Assembly: GCF_006345805.1 (NCBI RefSeq)
Contig: NC_043000.1
Span: 111,724,001-111,788,000 of the forward strand
Direction: 5' to 3'
DNA: 64,000 bases
DNA from: Octopus sinensis
Taxonomy: Eukaryota
The position numbers and the translations under genes are program-made. Position 1 is the first letter of the stretch. Each line of letters opens with the position of its first letter. Positions 1 through 12,730 of the stretch are shown here, piece by piece. The notes beneath the pieces are model-generated. The model did not search any database, was not told the DNA's origin, and saw only the letters and a list, made by a program, of their open reading frames with translations.

Positions 1-210
1 AATTTGTTCAACTAAAGACAAGTACTCCAGCATGGCCACATTCAAATGACTGAAACAAATAAGTCAGATTGTGGCCATGCTGGTGCACCATCTTAATTTT
101 TGTCAAACAAATAGACCCTAATATTTTTTCTGAGCGTGATACTTATTCTGTTGGCATTTTTTGCCAAACTACTAAGATATGGGGGGACATAAACAGACCG
201 ACATCAGTTG
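1..210 (-). mobile_element. tRNA-derived SINE, family B, 3' part
   Basis: Reverse match to the repeat body seen at 4295-4625 and 19833-20216 (gtgctccagcatggcc...aatgactgaaac). Confidence 0.6.
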
Positions 211-1239
211 TCTAGTGGTGGAGTGGAGGAGCAAACACACACACAAACTATATGTGTATATATATATATATGCACACACACATGTATGTGTTTGCACATG
301 TGCACCCTCATTGATCTGAATGAAAGATGGTACTCCGTAGGTGATGTAAAGTTAAATATAGCAACATCAGCAGGAAAAAAGAGTGGGTTTTCAGTTTATT
401 TATTCCAAGTTTTATGTTGCCACTATTCAAAAGATTTCACTCTTTAAAGCTGAACGGCAGATTACTGTTGCATGCTTTATCTTTTACCATTCTGGAAGTG
501 ATAAGCCCTTCCCCTCAAAAACTGCTCGCCTTGTACTCAGGTATAGCTGAGTGGTTAAAGAAGCTTGCTTTGCAACCATGCAGTCTTAGCTTCAGTACCT
601 TGGCGTCACACTACAGACCTCATGATTGAATTTGGTAGCTGGTAACTGTTGGAAGCTTGTTTGAGTGTGTGTTAGTCTGATGTTGACTACCAACATCCCC
701 TGTGACAGGTTTGATAATTGCTGAGAATTTTTAGCATGAACCCAATGCTAGTCTTGTAAACCAACAAATAATGAATATTTACCTGTACAAAACAATGACT
801 AGTGTAGTCGTTTACCTGGCCAGCTCTTGTCCAACTGTCCAACCCATGCCAGCATGGAAGATGGATGTTAAACAATAATGATATTGTGGTGTTGAGCACT
901 CATTTGCATTATTCATTAGTTAGTGTGTGTGTATACAAATATATGTTTGGGTGTGTTTCCCAAAGTGCTTAATTGGTGTTGGTTTATTTATATCTCTGTA
1001 ACCTAACAGAACGGTTCGGTAAAAGAGAAGAGACCAATGACATAACTGCCAGGCTTGACAAAAAGAAAAAAGTACTGGATTTGATTTGCTCAACTAAACC
1101 CTTTAAGGCTGTGCTCCAGCATGACCACAGTTCAATGATTGGTATGAGTAAGATTCCTATTTCTCTCTCTCTCTCTCTCTCTCTCAAAATATTTTTTTCT
1201 ACTCTAGGCACAAGGCCCAAAATGTTTGGGGAGGGGACC

Positions 1240-1400
1240 AGTTGATTAGATCGCCTTCAGTACGCAACTGGTACTTTATCGACCCTGAAAGGATGAAAGG
1301 CAAAGTCGACCTCAGCGGAATTTGAACTCAGAACGTAACGGCAGACAAAATACTGCTAAGCATTTCACCCGGTGTGCTAACGTTTCTGCCAGCTCGCCAA
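1240..1400 (-). mobile_element. tRNA-derived SINE, family A, fragment
   Basis: Reverse complement of gagctggcagaaacgttagcac...ctgagttcaaattccgc (A-box/B-box-like head). Confidence 0.7.
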
Positions 1401-1689
1401 CTCAAAATATTGAAATTAAACTTTGGCAGTGCCTGGCTCTTTCTTGTATTTCTCGCCATGAAGCTACAAAAGACAGCCAGGCAGAATTGTACCCTTGCAA
1501 GTTACACGGGGGAGGGGGGTTGTAGTTGTTATCAGTGAGTCGGAGGAGCCACACCCACCACCAATATACAAAACTTGGTGATGCTTTGACAAAATTATCT
1601 CAAAGATAACCCAACAGACAACCTCAATGTGTCACTCACTCCCACAATCCATGCGTCTCCCTTCTTTGTATCAACCAAAAGGAAGAAAT

Positions 1690-1980
1690 ACTACAATAAT
1701 TCCCCCCTTCCCCAGCCTCTCCTCTCCCCCACTCGCCCTCTCTCTCTCTCTTTCAGTCCCACTCTTTCTCTCTCCCCTTCTCTACTTCTCTCACACGCAT
1801 TCTCTCCCCTCTATACCGCTCACAGTCTTCCTCTATCTCTCCCTCTTTACTGTCATTATCTCCTTCTCTCTCCCTACACCTCATTATCTCTCTATACCAT
1901 TTTCAGTTTCACTTTCTCTTCCTCTTTATTTACTTATTTCTCTCTCCCTCCCTATTTATCTCTCTCTCTCTCTCTCCAAC
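1690..1980. repeat. CT-rich low-complexity/microsatellite tract
   Basis: Degenerate (CT)n runs. They explain the overlapping spurious ORFs at 1627 and 1629. Confidence 0.8.
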
Positions 1981-2479
1981 AATTAATCTTTTTCCACTGA
2001 CTCACAACTGTGGAATCTTTCCAATTGAAACTCTGTTCTATTCAGCATCATCAAAATTACCATCTCCATCATCATCATCATGACTAACATCACCATCACC
2101 AGTTAGCTCTTATGTGTCCATTTGACCTGCTAGAAATAGCAGCCAACCTTCTCTCAAATCACACTCTAATGTCTCAAGTAAGGAAAGAACTCATTGAATA
2201 ACTAATGTGGTCTCCCTGCCCCCACACTAAACTGACAATGGTCATGGTTGGAATACTGTGAGCTGATCTGCAGTTGAAACCACATGGCTCTACACATCCT
2301 GTTACCACGGATACTCATAATCTCTCCTTCTCACTACATGCAATGTCTGTGTGTGTGCTTCAGTCATTGGACAGCAGCCATGCTGGCTGCACTGCCTTGA
2401 AGGATTTGGGCAAACAAATCGATCCCAGGAATTATTATTTTCAAAGTCTCATACAGTTAGGGATCAGAAAGCTGTCCTC

Positions 2480-2790
2480 GTCCATGAGTCACATGACCAT
2501 ACCAGCACAGTCATCTCTCTTGCACCTTTTATGGACGCCTTTTATGCCCGATTTTTCTCTCAAGATGCTTACACTCTGTCAAACATGCACACTGACATTG
2601 CACATCCAGTGAAGCATGCTGGCTTTAAATCTTTCAAGCCTACACATGTCCTCGGCTGTCACAGCCCTTGTTTCACTGCTGCATAGCGTAGTTGTTCACA
2701 CACAGGCATCATACAATCTGCCTTTCACTCTGAGGGAGAGACCCTTTGTTGCCAACAGAGGTAGAAGCTCTCTGAACTTTGCCCAGTCTA
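2480..2790 (-). mobile_element. RTE-clade LINE fragment (post-RT region)
   Basis: Reverse complement closely matches the + strand RTE copy at about 61900-62200 (encoding WAKFREL...ETWAVT...LHWMCN...RRLHWYGHV). Confidence 0.75.
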
Positions 2791-3162
2791 ATCTTTTTCT
2801 CACAGCTACGCTCCACCTCTACTACTTACACACACACACAATGCTATCCATATGTCTTTATTTATGCTAGGAAATTCAGCGTAGGCCCACAGGCACCTTT
2901 GCAGTCTCTTGGGATGTGGATCAAACCAACCAGTTTCTTTGTGTATTCAAAACCCACCTTACCAGATACTCATCTGTCCTTCCTCAGATGCTGAGATAAA
3001 ATAGTGGAAGTCTATTTTGGTTTATATCTAAACAAAAGCATTTTTGCGTGGCATAATGTTTGTTTATAGATGTTGTCTACAGATGGATATGTATTGGCAC
3101 TTGTGTGTGTGTTGTGTGTGTGTGTTATTTAAAACAGTGCAGTTCGGATCCCTGCAACTTAA

Positions 3163-3387
3163 CCCTTTTGTTACCAACCCGGCTGAAACTACCTCTGGCT
3201 CTGTAGTACAAATGGCTTGTTTTCATAAGTTTTGAATTAAAATCTTCCACCAAACCTTAGTCACAATTTATGCTCCTGACACTAACTTAATGATAACCAA
3301 GTTATTTTACAAAATTCTTTGTTATCTTTAAAGTTTATTGAAAGAAATCTGACAGAGCATCTCGACAGAAATACGGTAATGAAAGGA
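3163..3387. mobile_element. piggyBac-like MITE, family 1
   Basis: TTAA-CCCTTTTGTTACC ... GGTAATGAAAGGA-TTAG. Body shared with 54522-54723 and 60939-61159. Confidence 0.7.
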
Positions 3388-4294
3388 TTAGATTTTCACA
3401 GGTCAGAAACCGGTGAAACTGTAAGTCACTTAGAACTGAATCAAACTGTTTTAAATAATATGCGTAACTCCTCCTGAATGTGTTGAGTGCTCTTTTCTTT
3501 CATTTGTCCCCTCACTTTGTGTGTGTGTGTGTGTGATTTATCGTCCATTGTCCATGGATTGGACAGGAAGGAATTTCAACCGTGTTTCGTGGTCTGCTAC
3601 CACAACAGCTCCTTTATAGGATCCAGTTCTCTCAAGACATCCTCATGAGGAACCATGTCTGGTTTCGGCCCCTAATCCTCTACCATTTTAACGTGGCGGG
3701 GCCCCCACCTTTCAGAGGTATCTTCACAGCTATATGAGTATCTCAAGAGCCTAGGGTTTCATGCAAAAAACACTTGTCAAACTCTTAACAGGTATGCTTT
3801 GGCACGAAACTCTAGGCCCTTGAGTCACATATATAGTGTTACTGTTACTAAATCATCAACCACCATCATGCTGATGGTGATGAGTGATGTATAGCCACCT
3901 GTAAAAGTACATATAAACACACATACGGAATATATAATAAACAAGTTGGAAGATAGATTGATAGGAAGATAAATGTGTGTGTGTGTATAGATATATACAC
4001 ATAAGCTGTAAAAGTTGTGTGTAGATATGTTGTATGTACACATGTTCTATATATATATATATACACACATGTGTAGTAGATTTGTACACATATGCTAGAT
4101 GTATATAGATGAACATGTGCTGTTTTATGAAGTACTTTAAAAAGTGTGAGGAGGCCGCCAGTTTGTCGTCTTAAAACCGAGACTGGTACCCTAGCTTGTC
4201 CTCTTAAATCTGAGAGGCCCTGTAGCTTGTGCTATCGTTTGTTACATTCCCTTTTTTTATAGTAATATCATCATCATAATCATAATATTCCAGT

Positions 4295-4625
4295 TGCACT
4301 GCGTGGCACCTTGGGCAAAGTGTCTTCTACTATAGCCTCAGGCCAACCAAAGCCTTGTGAGTATATTTGGTAGATGGAAACTGAAAGAAGCCCATTATAC
4401 ATATATATATATATTTATAATGTGTGTCTGTTTGTCCCCCACCACCACCATAACTTGACAACTAATGTTAGTGTATTTACGTCCCCTGTAACTTAGCGGC
4501 TCAGCAAAATGAGACTGATAGAATAAGTACTAGGCTTACAAAGAATAAGTCCTAAGGTCGATTTGCTCGACTATAGGCAGTGCTCCAGCATGGCCACAAT
4601 CAAATCACCAAAACAAGTAAAAGAG
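4295..4625 (+). mobile_element. SINE family B, 5'-truncated
   Basis: cactgcgtggcaccttgggcaagtgtcttctactatagcc...gtgctccagcatggccaca. Same body as 19833-20216. Confidence 0.75.
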
Positions 4626-5423
4626 TAAAATATGGATTCCAGCACAGTGTCCGACCACTTGTTGCAACCTGTCCCCTCTTTCTTAAAGTTCCCCTTATAA
4701 GGTCGGCCTTCACCATCCTTCCCATGGCTAGCTTAACCTTCTCTTCTGCAGGTTCTCTTCTCATGGATCTCTTGGCACTTCTTTACCCAGCTGTCCCCTA
4801 TCAATGCAGCCTTTTCTCTGTCACACATCTAATTCCTCTCCTACCCAGTTTCTACCCAGCTCATTTCTGCTCCATCTTTCATACACCCAGAGCATTATAA
4901 ATCTGTGATATGTTTATATAAACCATCACACACACACACACACACTCCTCCACCTCCCTTTCTGCTCCCACCAACTTTCATCATTTTTTTAGTTCTGACA
5001 CCCACCACCCTCTGTCCCTCCCTCTTTATTGCACCCCCCCCATCAGCTTCTGCCCATCACCAATATGTCAGTTACTTATACATTCTGTTCTTCCTACCCT
5101 AAACCTCGAAACCCCTACTCCATCCACCCAGGGGTAGGGAAAGTGGAGTGTATGCGCATGTAAGTTTGGAAACATTAGAGAGATAACAAATATCTTGACT
5201 GTTGTTGATAAACATTTTGAAGGCTGTGAGCTGGCGGGTGAAATGCTTAGCAACCTTTCTTCACTCTTTTTGTTCTGAGTTCAAATTCCACCAAGATTGG
5301 CTTTGCTTTTCATCCTTTCATAGTCAATAAAATAAGTACCAGTTACGCACTGGGGTCAGTGTGCCCAGCCTGCCAGTTCTCCTCAAAATTGTCAACTTTG
5401 TGCCAAGATTGGAAAGAATTATA

Positions 5424-5748
5424 GGCAGTGAGCTGGCAGAATCGTTAGCATGCCGGACGAAATGCTGAGCGGTATCTTGTCTGCCATTACATTCTGAGTT
5501 CAAATTCCGCCGAGGTCAACTTTGCCTTTCATCCTTTCGGGGTCGATTAAATAAGTACCAGTTACGCACTGGGGTTGATATAATCAACTTAATCCGTCTG
5601 TCTGTCCTTGTTTGTCCTCTCTGTGTTTAGCCCCTTGTGGGTAGTAAAGAAATAGGTATTTCATCTGCTGTTATGTTCTGAGTTCAAATTCTGCCGAGGT
5701 CAACTTTACCTTTCCTCCTTTCAAGGTCGATAAATTAAGTACCAGTTG
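5424..5748 (+). mobile_element. SINE family A, full unit (5424-5654) plus head-truncated second unit
   Basis: tRNA-like head (tggcagaatcgtt / gagttcaaattcc). The second unit starts at ggtatttc directly after aaagaaata. Confidence 0.8.
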
Positions 5749-5750
5749 TG

Positions 5751-6143
5751 GGATCTTTTCAATATCGTGGCCAGGACCCCAGATCTTTCTAGTTAACTAA
5801 ATAATTTGAAACTTCGTGTACTCATAGAGTGGAACTAGTTTATTCGCCAGTTGGAACTAGTTTATTTGAGAAAAATCTATTTTATGACTTTAATCGTAGA
5901 TTAAAACTGCGAATTTTAACCAATGAGATTGCTTGTTTTCATATCTAAAACGTTACTGCGATCTGTTAGTGTGAAGTTGAAAGCAGTTTTGTGACGTAGT
6001 CTGCTCTCTCTTTGTAAGTCTGTCTGCCTCCCCCTCTCTTACTATATTACATTTATCTTGCTTGAACTCATTGAAATAAAACGTCCTCCTTTTTTTCTGT
6101 CTGTCTGTCCTTTTCTCTCTCTCTCCCTCTCTCTATCTCTCTT

Positions 6144-6194
<51 letters not shown>

Positions 6195-7051
6195 GTATAT
6201 ATGTATGTTCATATATGTATGTAAATATTTATGAAATAAATAAACACACATTCTGTACTTGTTTCAGTCATTTGACTGCGGCCATGCTGGAGCACCGCCT
6301 TTTAGAGTGGTGAAAGAGTACAGCAGGGATCACCACCTCCTGCCGGAGCCTCGTGGAGCTTTTAGGTGTTTTCGCTCAATAAACACACACAACGCCCGGT
6401 CTGGGAATCGAAACCGCGATCCTCCGACCGCAAGTCCGCTGCCCTAACCACTAGGCCATTGCGCCTCCACATATTCGTGCGGATGTATTAAATATCTAAA
6501 ATGTGTGAGCCTTATATAATTAAACTGATGATATATATATATATACACATATATATATATGTGTGTGTGTGTGCATGCGTGTAATGTATGTATAATTATA
6601 TATATGCATGTGTGAGCGTGTGTGTGTGTGTGTGTGTCTGTATGCACGCGTGTGTGGTGTGTGTGTCTGTATGCGCGTGTGTGTGTGTGTGTGTGATGAA
6701 AGGCAAAATCGACCTCGGCGGAATTTGAACTCAGAACGTAACGGCAGACGAAATACGGCTACGCATTTCGCCCGGCGTGCTAACGTTTCTGCTTTGTTTA
6801 CATTTAAGATGTTTAATACGTCACCAAATTGGTGGTCGAGACGGAGTAAATAAAATAAAGCCGAATGACGGATTATCATTGGTTAAAATTCTAATTATTA
6901 AACAACGTTAAACTTAGAAGTTACAATTCCGTTTTCATTCTGGTTTACAATTAAGTTTACTTTTGACACATTCTACCAGTATACGAAGTTTCAAATTGTT
7001 TGGTTCAGTAGGAAAAATTTGAAAAAACTGGCTTCAGAATTGAAAAGATCC
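5751..7051. mobile_element. Non-autonomous DNA transposon (MITE-like) with nested SINEs and microsatellites
   Basis: Perfect 13-bp TIR GGATCTTTTCAAT (5751-5763) / ATTGAAAAGATCC (7039-7051), plus a subterminal inverted repeat around aatttgaaacttcgt / acgaagtttcaaatt. No TSD visible. Confidence 0.65.
6255..6470 (-). mobile_element. Chimeric SINE (family E head + family B tail)
   Basis: Head matches 23266-23566. The tail aaaggcggtgctccagcatggccgcagtcaaatgactgaaacaag matches family B. Confidence 0.7.
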
Positions 7052-7339
7052 AAAGATTGGAAAGAATTATCAACCATTTGTGACTGTTGTTTAGCCCCAA
7101 ACCAGCCTTGACATAGCAGACCAAATGAGCAGACATTCTAGCCATGACCAGCCCCTTTCTTCTCTCTGGCATAGTCTACCTAGGACTGCATTATCCAGCA
7201 TTCCTCTACTTTATTAAGATAGCAGGCTGTAGTAATTTGTAGGGAATTTGACTATTATTTCTTCCGGGCTGAGCAATTGCTGTTGTTGTTGCTGATCTGA
7301 CGTCAGGTGTTTGTAACTTTCTGTACAAACATACGTTTA

Positions 7340-7700
7340 TCTTTAACTGGTATCAGTCATTGAACTGGGCCATGCTGGAGCACTGCCTCAAAAGGTTTAA
7401 GATGAACAAATGAACCCCAGTACTTGCATTTTCAAGTCTGGTACTTATTCTATCAGTTCATTTTTGCTGAACTACTAAGTTACAGGGATATAAACAAACC
7501 AACATAGGTTATTGAACAGTGGCAGGAGGACATGCACTTGCATGTATATAAGCTGGGCTTCCATACAGTTTCTGTTTACCAAATTCACTCCCTAGGCATT
7601 GGTTAGCCCAGGGCTGTAGTAGAAGAGATTTTCCCAAGGTGCTGTGCAGTGGAATTGAACCTGAAATCAGCTTCTTAACCACACTGCCATGCCTTGAAAA
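7340..7700 (-). mobile_element. SINE family B
   Basis: Reverse complement of the family B body and head. Confidence 0.65.
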
Positions 7701-8469
7701 ACATTAGCTGAATGAGTTGACGCCAGTACTTGGTTTTATTTTTTTTAAAGCTTGTTGGCCTCTTTTTGCCGAACAGCTAAATTACAGGGATGTAAACACA
7801 CCAACACCGGTTACCAAGCAATGATGTAACGCGCACACAAGAAAACACTTGCCCAAGGAAATATGCAGTGGGACTGAACCCGGAGTCATGAGATTGGAAG
7901 CAAACTTCTTACTTCACAGCTTTTTGATAGTCAGGGTCTGCTGAGTGCTGTACATGGTAAATTCCTAATTCATTGGAATTTCACCCCCTCAATGGTCAGA
8001 GAAGGAAAGTAAGAGCTTTAATGGTAACTTGTTAGGAACCCAGAGATTAGGAAGGAGAAATACTTTCAAGAAACTAAAATTAATTTTTCGGTTGAATTAA
8101 TGTGTTTCAACCTAAAGAACAATCAGGTCTTTGTTTTATATATCAAACATGTATGTATATATATATATAGTCTGGGTGTGCTAAAATAATATTGCCCACC
8201 CACCAAAATGGTAAATTTTCTTTCTAATAATTCCATTGTTGTAATATCATATAATCTGGTCGTAAGCTGTTACGAAATCTAATTATACATACTCAGAAGG
8301 AAATTTATTTTAAGTCAAGTTGAGATTGTGTATAGAAATAGCTTAAAGTTGTATGGTTATTTTTGAATAAAACTTCTAGCATTGGAACTGGTTTAGCATA
8401 GTAGCACAATCTGTGACAACTGTCACCATACACCTCTGATTTATATATATATATATATATATATATACA

Positions 8470-9013
8470 CGAGGGTGAGTCAAAAAGTAATGGCATTTTG
8501 TTTAGGACAGGTATAATTACCAACACAGGAACATATATCATACATCAAAATGAAGCTGGTCCTCTGTGGATCACATCCCTACTTCTCAACATAGTCACTG
8601 TTTCTTTTAATAGCAATGTTCCACCTTCAAATGAGAGCATGTATCCCTGCCCCATAAAATTCTGTTGACTGTTCTTCGAGTCACTTCACCACAGTTCACT
8701 TCCTCATCACTGGAATAATGTTTGCCTCTCAAACCCTCTTTCATGGAGCCAAAGAGATGATACTCCAGTGATGAGGAAGTGAAAACTGTAGTGAAGAAGT
8801 GGCTCAAAGAACAGTCAACAGAATTTTACAGGGCAGGGATACATGCTTTTATTCGAAGGTGGAACATTGCTATTGAGAGAAACGGTGACTATGTTGAGAA
8901 GTAGGGATGTGATCCACAGAGGACCAGCTTCATTTTGATGTATGATATATGTTCCTGTGCTGGTAATTATACCTGTCCTAAATAAAATGGCATTACTTTT
9001 TGACGAACCCTCG
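8470..9013. mobile_element. Fold-back mariner-derived MITE made of two transposase 3' ends
   Basis: Arms of about 250 bp are near-perfect inverted copies. Ends are CGAGGGTGAGTCAAAAAGTAATG / CATTACTTTTTGACGAACCCTCG-TA. Arms translate as a mariner C-terminus (YHLFGSMKEGLRGKHYSSDEEVKTVVKKWLKEQSTEFYRAGIHAFIRRWNIAIERNGDYVEK*). Confidence 0.85.
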
Positions 9014-9052
<39 letters not shown>

Positions 9053-9919
9053 AGATAGAAATAGCTGGATATACTGATAGCTGGCTAGATATATGAATAA
9101 GCATAGATGGATAGATAGAGATAGGCATCATGATTGACAGTATCTTTACATGCAACATAACTTTATGGACAAAATAAAACGAGGTTTATAAGAGTTTTCA
9201 CCACCAGTCGCCCTTAAATGAAAGTTGTCTTTGGGAAAGAAACTTTTGGTTACAAGATATGTAAAGTGGCCTAAACTGTTATCATCGTCAAATGTTCCAT
9301 GTTCCATGCTGGAATGGGATGGATGGTTGAAGAGGAGCTGGTGAGACAGAGAACTGTACCAAGCTCTGCTGTCTGTTTTGGCATGGCATTCTATGGCTGA
9401 ATGCCTTTCCTAACACCAACCACTTTACAGAGTACTGGATGCTTTTTACGTGGTACCAGCACCAGTTAAGGTCAGCATGTAACTTGCAAGGCAAGACTCC
9501 TCAACTGAATAGGGGACAAGTATTGAGAGAGGTGGCTTTGTAACAGAGGGGCAGGAACAGGTATTTTGCTGTAGGGAGATCTTACAGTTACATTCCTTGA
9601 AGGAGGAGGAGGACATGGTGAAGATGGAAGTGGGTACACTAGGTGCATGACAAATTCCCATATTGGTTGTGGCCCTTGATAGAATCCCCATTAAATCCCC
9701 CCTTTGCTACATGACCCAATGCACTACAATGCAACTAATACAGGGCTAATACATTGTATGATGAGCACGTCTCTTGTTTGAGAGAATAAACATTGTTGCA
9801 GTCTCAGGAGCATTGATAGGAAAAGCTGATAGTGCAACAGACCAATGGCAATGTTTCAGTGTGTATGACATAATAATGATGATGATGATGGAGTTAGCTG
9901 GTCGGTAGGGAGGGGGGAT

Positions 9920-10252
9920 GTGAAGGCGCATGGATCAGTGTTTAGAGCGTAGAGCTTACAATCATGAGGTTGTGAGTTCGATTCCCAGACCGGGCTGTGT
10001 GTTGTGTTCTTGAGCAAGACACTTTATTTCACATTGCTCCAGTTCACTCAACTGTAGAAATGAGTTGTGACATCACTGGTGTCAAGCTGTATCGGCCCTT
10101 TTGCCTTTCCCTTGGATAACATCAGTGGTGTAGAATGGGGAGGCTGGTTTGCATGGGCAACAACTAGCGTTCCACAATCAATCTTGCCCTGACTTGTGCC
10201 TCACAGGATAACTTTCTAGGTGCAATCCTATGGTCATTCATGACCGAAGGGG
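9920..10252 (+). mobile_element. tRNA-derived SINE, family D (CORE-like central segment)
   Basis: tRNA-like head (gagttcgattccc) followed by gtgttcttgagcaagacactttatttcacattgctcc. Confidence 0.65.
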
Positions 10253-11181
10253 GACTCCTCCAGGGAGGTGGGGGCAACTCAATGATGAAACATTTGAATT
10301 TAGTTTGAAGATGCTTTTGACTAAGGAGGCAGTTAGAGTTTGTCAGGCACAGAAATTCTATTCTTTATGAGGCCAGTCATTGAACCTGTACAATATTTCA
10401 GGGCCCACATGCACTCATCTGATGGCCTTCCACACAGTTTCCATTTACCAAATCAATTCAAAAGGCATTGGTCAGCCCAGGGCTATAGTAGATAACATTT
10501 GCTGAAAGTACTGCACGGTGGGACTGAACCTAAACCTACATGGTTACAAAGTGAACATCTTAACTATACAGCTATGCCTGCTTTGATAACATTTGGGAAA
10601 TAAGATAAGTTTCTTTGCTGAACTGATAATAAAATACCTGCCATTACAACTGATATAAGGAGTAATGTATTAAGTCAAAGTTCCCCCAAGTCATGCACTG
10701 TTATTATAAATGGTGAGAGCTAGAAAAGCTTTCTTTGATTCAGGTCTGCTCAGTCAGACAAGAACAAAATCAATTAGGTTAAGATTACCAAGTTAACCTG
10801 TAAATATTTGATGTGATCTCAATAACAACCAATGCAGCGATTAGATAAGATTACAAGAAGAAAGCCTGGAAAAATATTTTATGTAATGTCCACCCTTGCA
10901 CACCTCCAACAGACGCAGAAAGCAGGTCAAAACTGCTTTCATATAAGTCCCCCCCACCCCTGCAGTTTAACAGTGTTGTTTGGATTTCTGGCTTGATTCT
11001 GAGACACTGTGCTTCACCTATTATGAATATTGTCGCCATCCATACAGGTGTCATAACTTTACATGCCACCCTTTCATACACAATTCACCATCACCATCGT
11101 TCAACATCCGCCTTCCATGCTGGCATGGGTGGGACGGTTTGACAAGAGCCAGACAGGCAGAAGCTGGCACCAGACTTCTGT

Positions 11182-11392
11182 AATGCCGTTCAAAAATTTG
11201 GATCTGGAGATCTCCATTTCCAGCGATTTTGAGGGCCACCTCCCAGTGGTATTGGGCGTCAACGAAGAGCCCTCGACTACAAGACGACCAAAGATTTTGT
11301 TTTTCCCCCCAACGTCTGGAGGTCTCCCGCCCCTAAGCCCTAGACCATCACCTAATCACCCTTACCCGTCTTGTTGCTTAACAACAACAACA
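11182..11392 (+). mobile_element. CpG-rich 211-bp retroposon insertion with (AAC)n tail and 8-bp TSD
   Basis: ACTTCTGT is duplicated at 11174-11181 and 11393-11400. The insertion interrupts a family C repeat. Confidence 0.65.
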
Positions 11393-12569
11393 ACTTCTGT
11401 GACTGTTTTGGCAGGATTTTTACAGCTGGATGCCCTTCCTAACACCAAGCACTCAGCAGAGTGGACTCAGTGCTTTTTAGGTGGCACCAGCACAGGCGAG
11501 GTCAGTTTTGGCATGGTTTCTACAGCTGGATTCCCTTCCAAATGCCAACCACTTTACAGTGTGGACTGGTTGCATTTAAGTGGAACCTGCACTAACAGGG
11601 TCACCAAGTACTTTGCAAGACAATAAAAAAAAATGCATTCTATATAGACTTTACCACACCTGTGTTATTCAACAATGAAGTGTAAATTCTCACAGACAGT
11701 CTGTGAGTGTGATACGTCATCTTTTATTTGCTTCTGTCATCGGGCTGCCATGCTGGAGCACCTCTTTGAAGGATTTAATCAAAGAAATCAGCCCTTATTA
11801 CTTATCGTTTAAGTCCGGTACTTATTCCATTAGCCTTTTTTGCCAAACTGCTAAGTTACAGGGAATGTGAATAAACCAACAGTAGTTGTCAAGCAGTGGT
11901 GGGACAGGGACATGCACACACACACACGTGTGTGTGTGTGTGTGGATCAACCTTTAAATGTTTCACCTTTTTTCACACCAATCTCTGAAATATTTTTGAC
12001 TTTTGCCTGTAGTAGACATGTTTGTGATAAAAGACATGAGCATCATCATCACTCTGCATCCTAATTGCCTTTCCCCCCACCTCCATCTTAGTTTCTTCAG
12101 AGTTTAACCATGGAGAGTTGGGTGGAGCTGGTGGTGGGGGTTCTGTGTGAAGTTGTCTTCTATTCTGATGGTGGCAGGGGGGGGGTGATTCTGTAGTTTT
12201 ATTCCTCACTACAGATGATCTTTCCCTCTTTTTTTTTTCTTTCATTCACTCTTCCCCCTCCTCCCCACTCCTCATCCAGATGGGAGTGAGTGAGGTGGAG
12301 GGGAGGGTGCCGTAAACAAGGGCAATCAACTACAGTTTACTTGATTAGTAATTACAGGAATATTTACTATGCTAGCATCTCTACCCCCCACCCCACCCTA
12401 CACACACACACACTGACAAACTTCCTACTCTCTACAACTCTGTCTCTTCACAAAGACACACCCCCATGCTAACATACACACGCAGGCGCGCAAATCTGTC
12501 CCTCCACTGATTCTGTTACATTTTGCCTCTTCATACATACCTTCAGTTATCTCTACTGGAAACAAACAC

Positions 12570-12730
12570 TCTCTCTCTCTCTCTCTCTGGCATTCAGATG
12601 TGTGTGTATATGTGTTTGCAAATGTATGTATGTATGTATGTACGTATGTGTGTATGTATGTATGTGTGTATGTATATATATATATATATATGTATATATA
12701 GACACAGACACATGCACACATACACACAAA
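12570..12730. repeat. Compound (CT)n/(TATG)n/(TA)n/(CA)n microsatellite
   Basis: Direct reading. Confidence 0.85.

Noticed and set aside
3560-3720. Minus-strand GGCCCC/GGGGCC stem before GAAAC, with a nearby CTCATGA
   Set aside because: No CUGANGA directly before stem II and no stem I, so it does not meet hammerhead topology.
5424-5520. tRNA-like A/B boxes here and in other SINE heads
   Set aside because: No complete cloverleaf, and each continues into a repeat body. These are SINEs, not tRNA genes.
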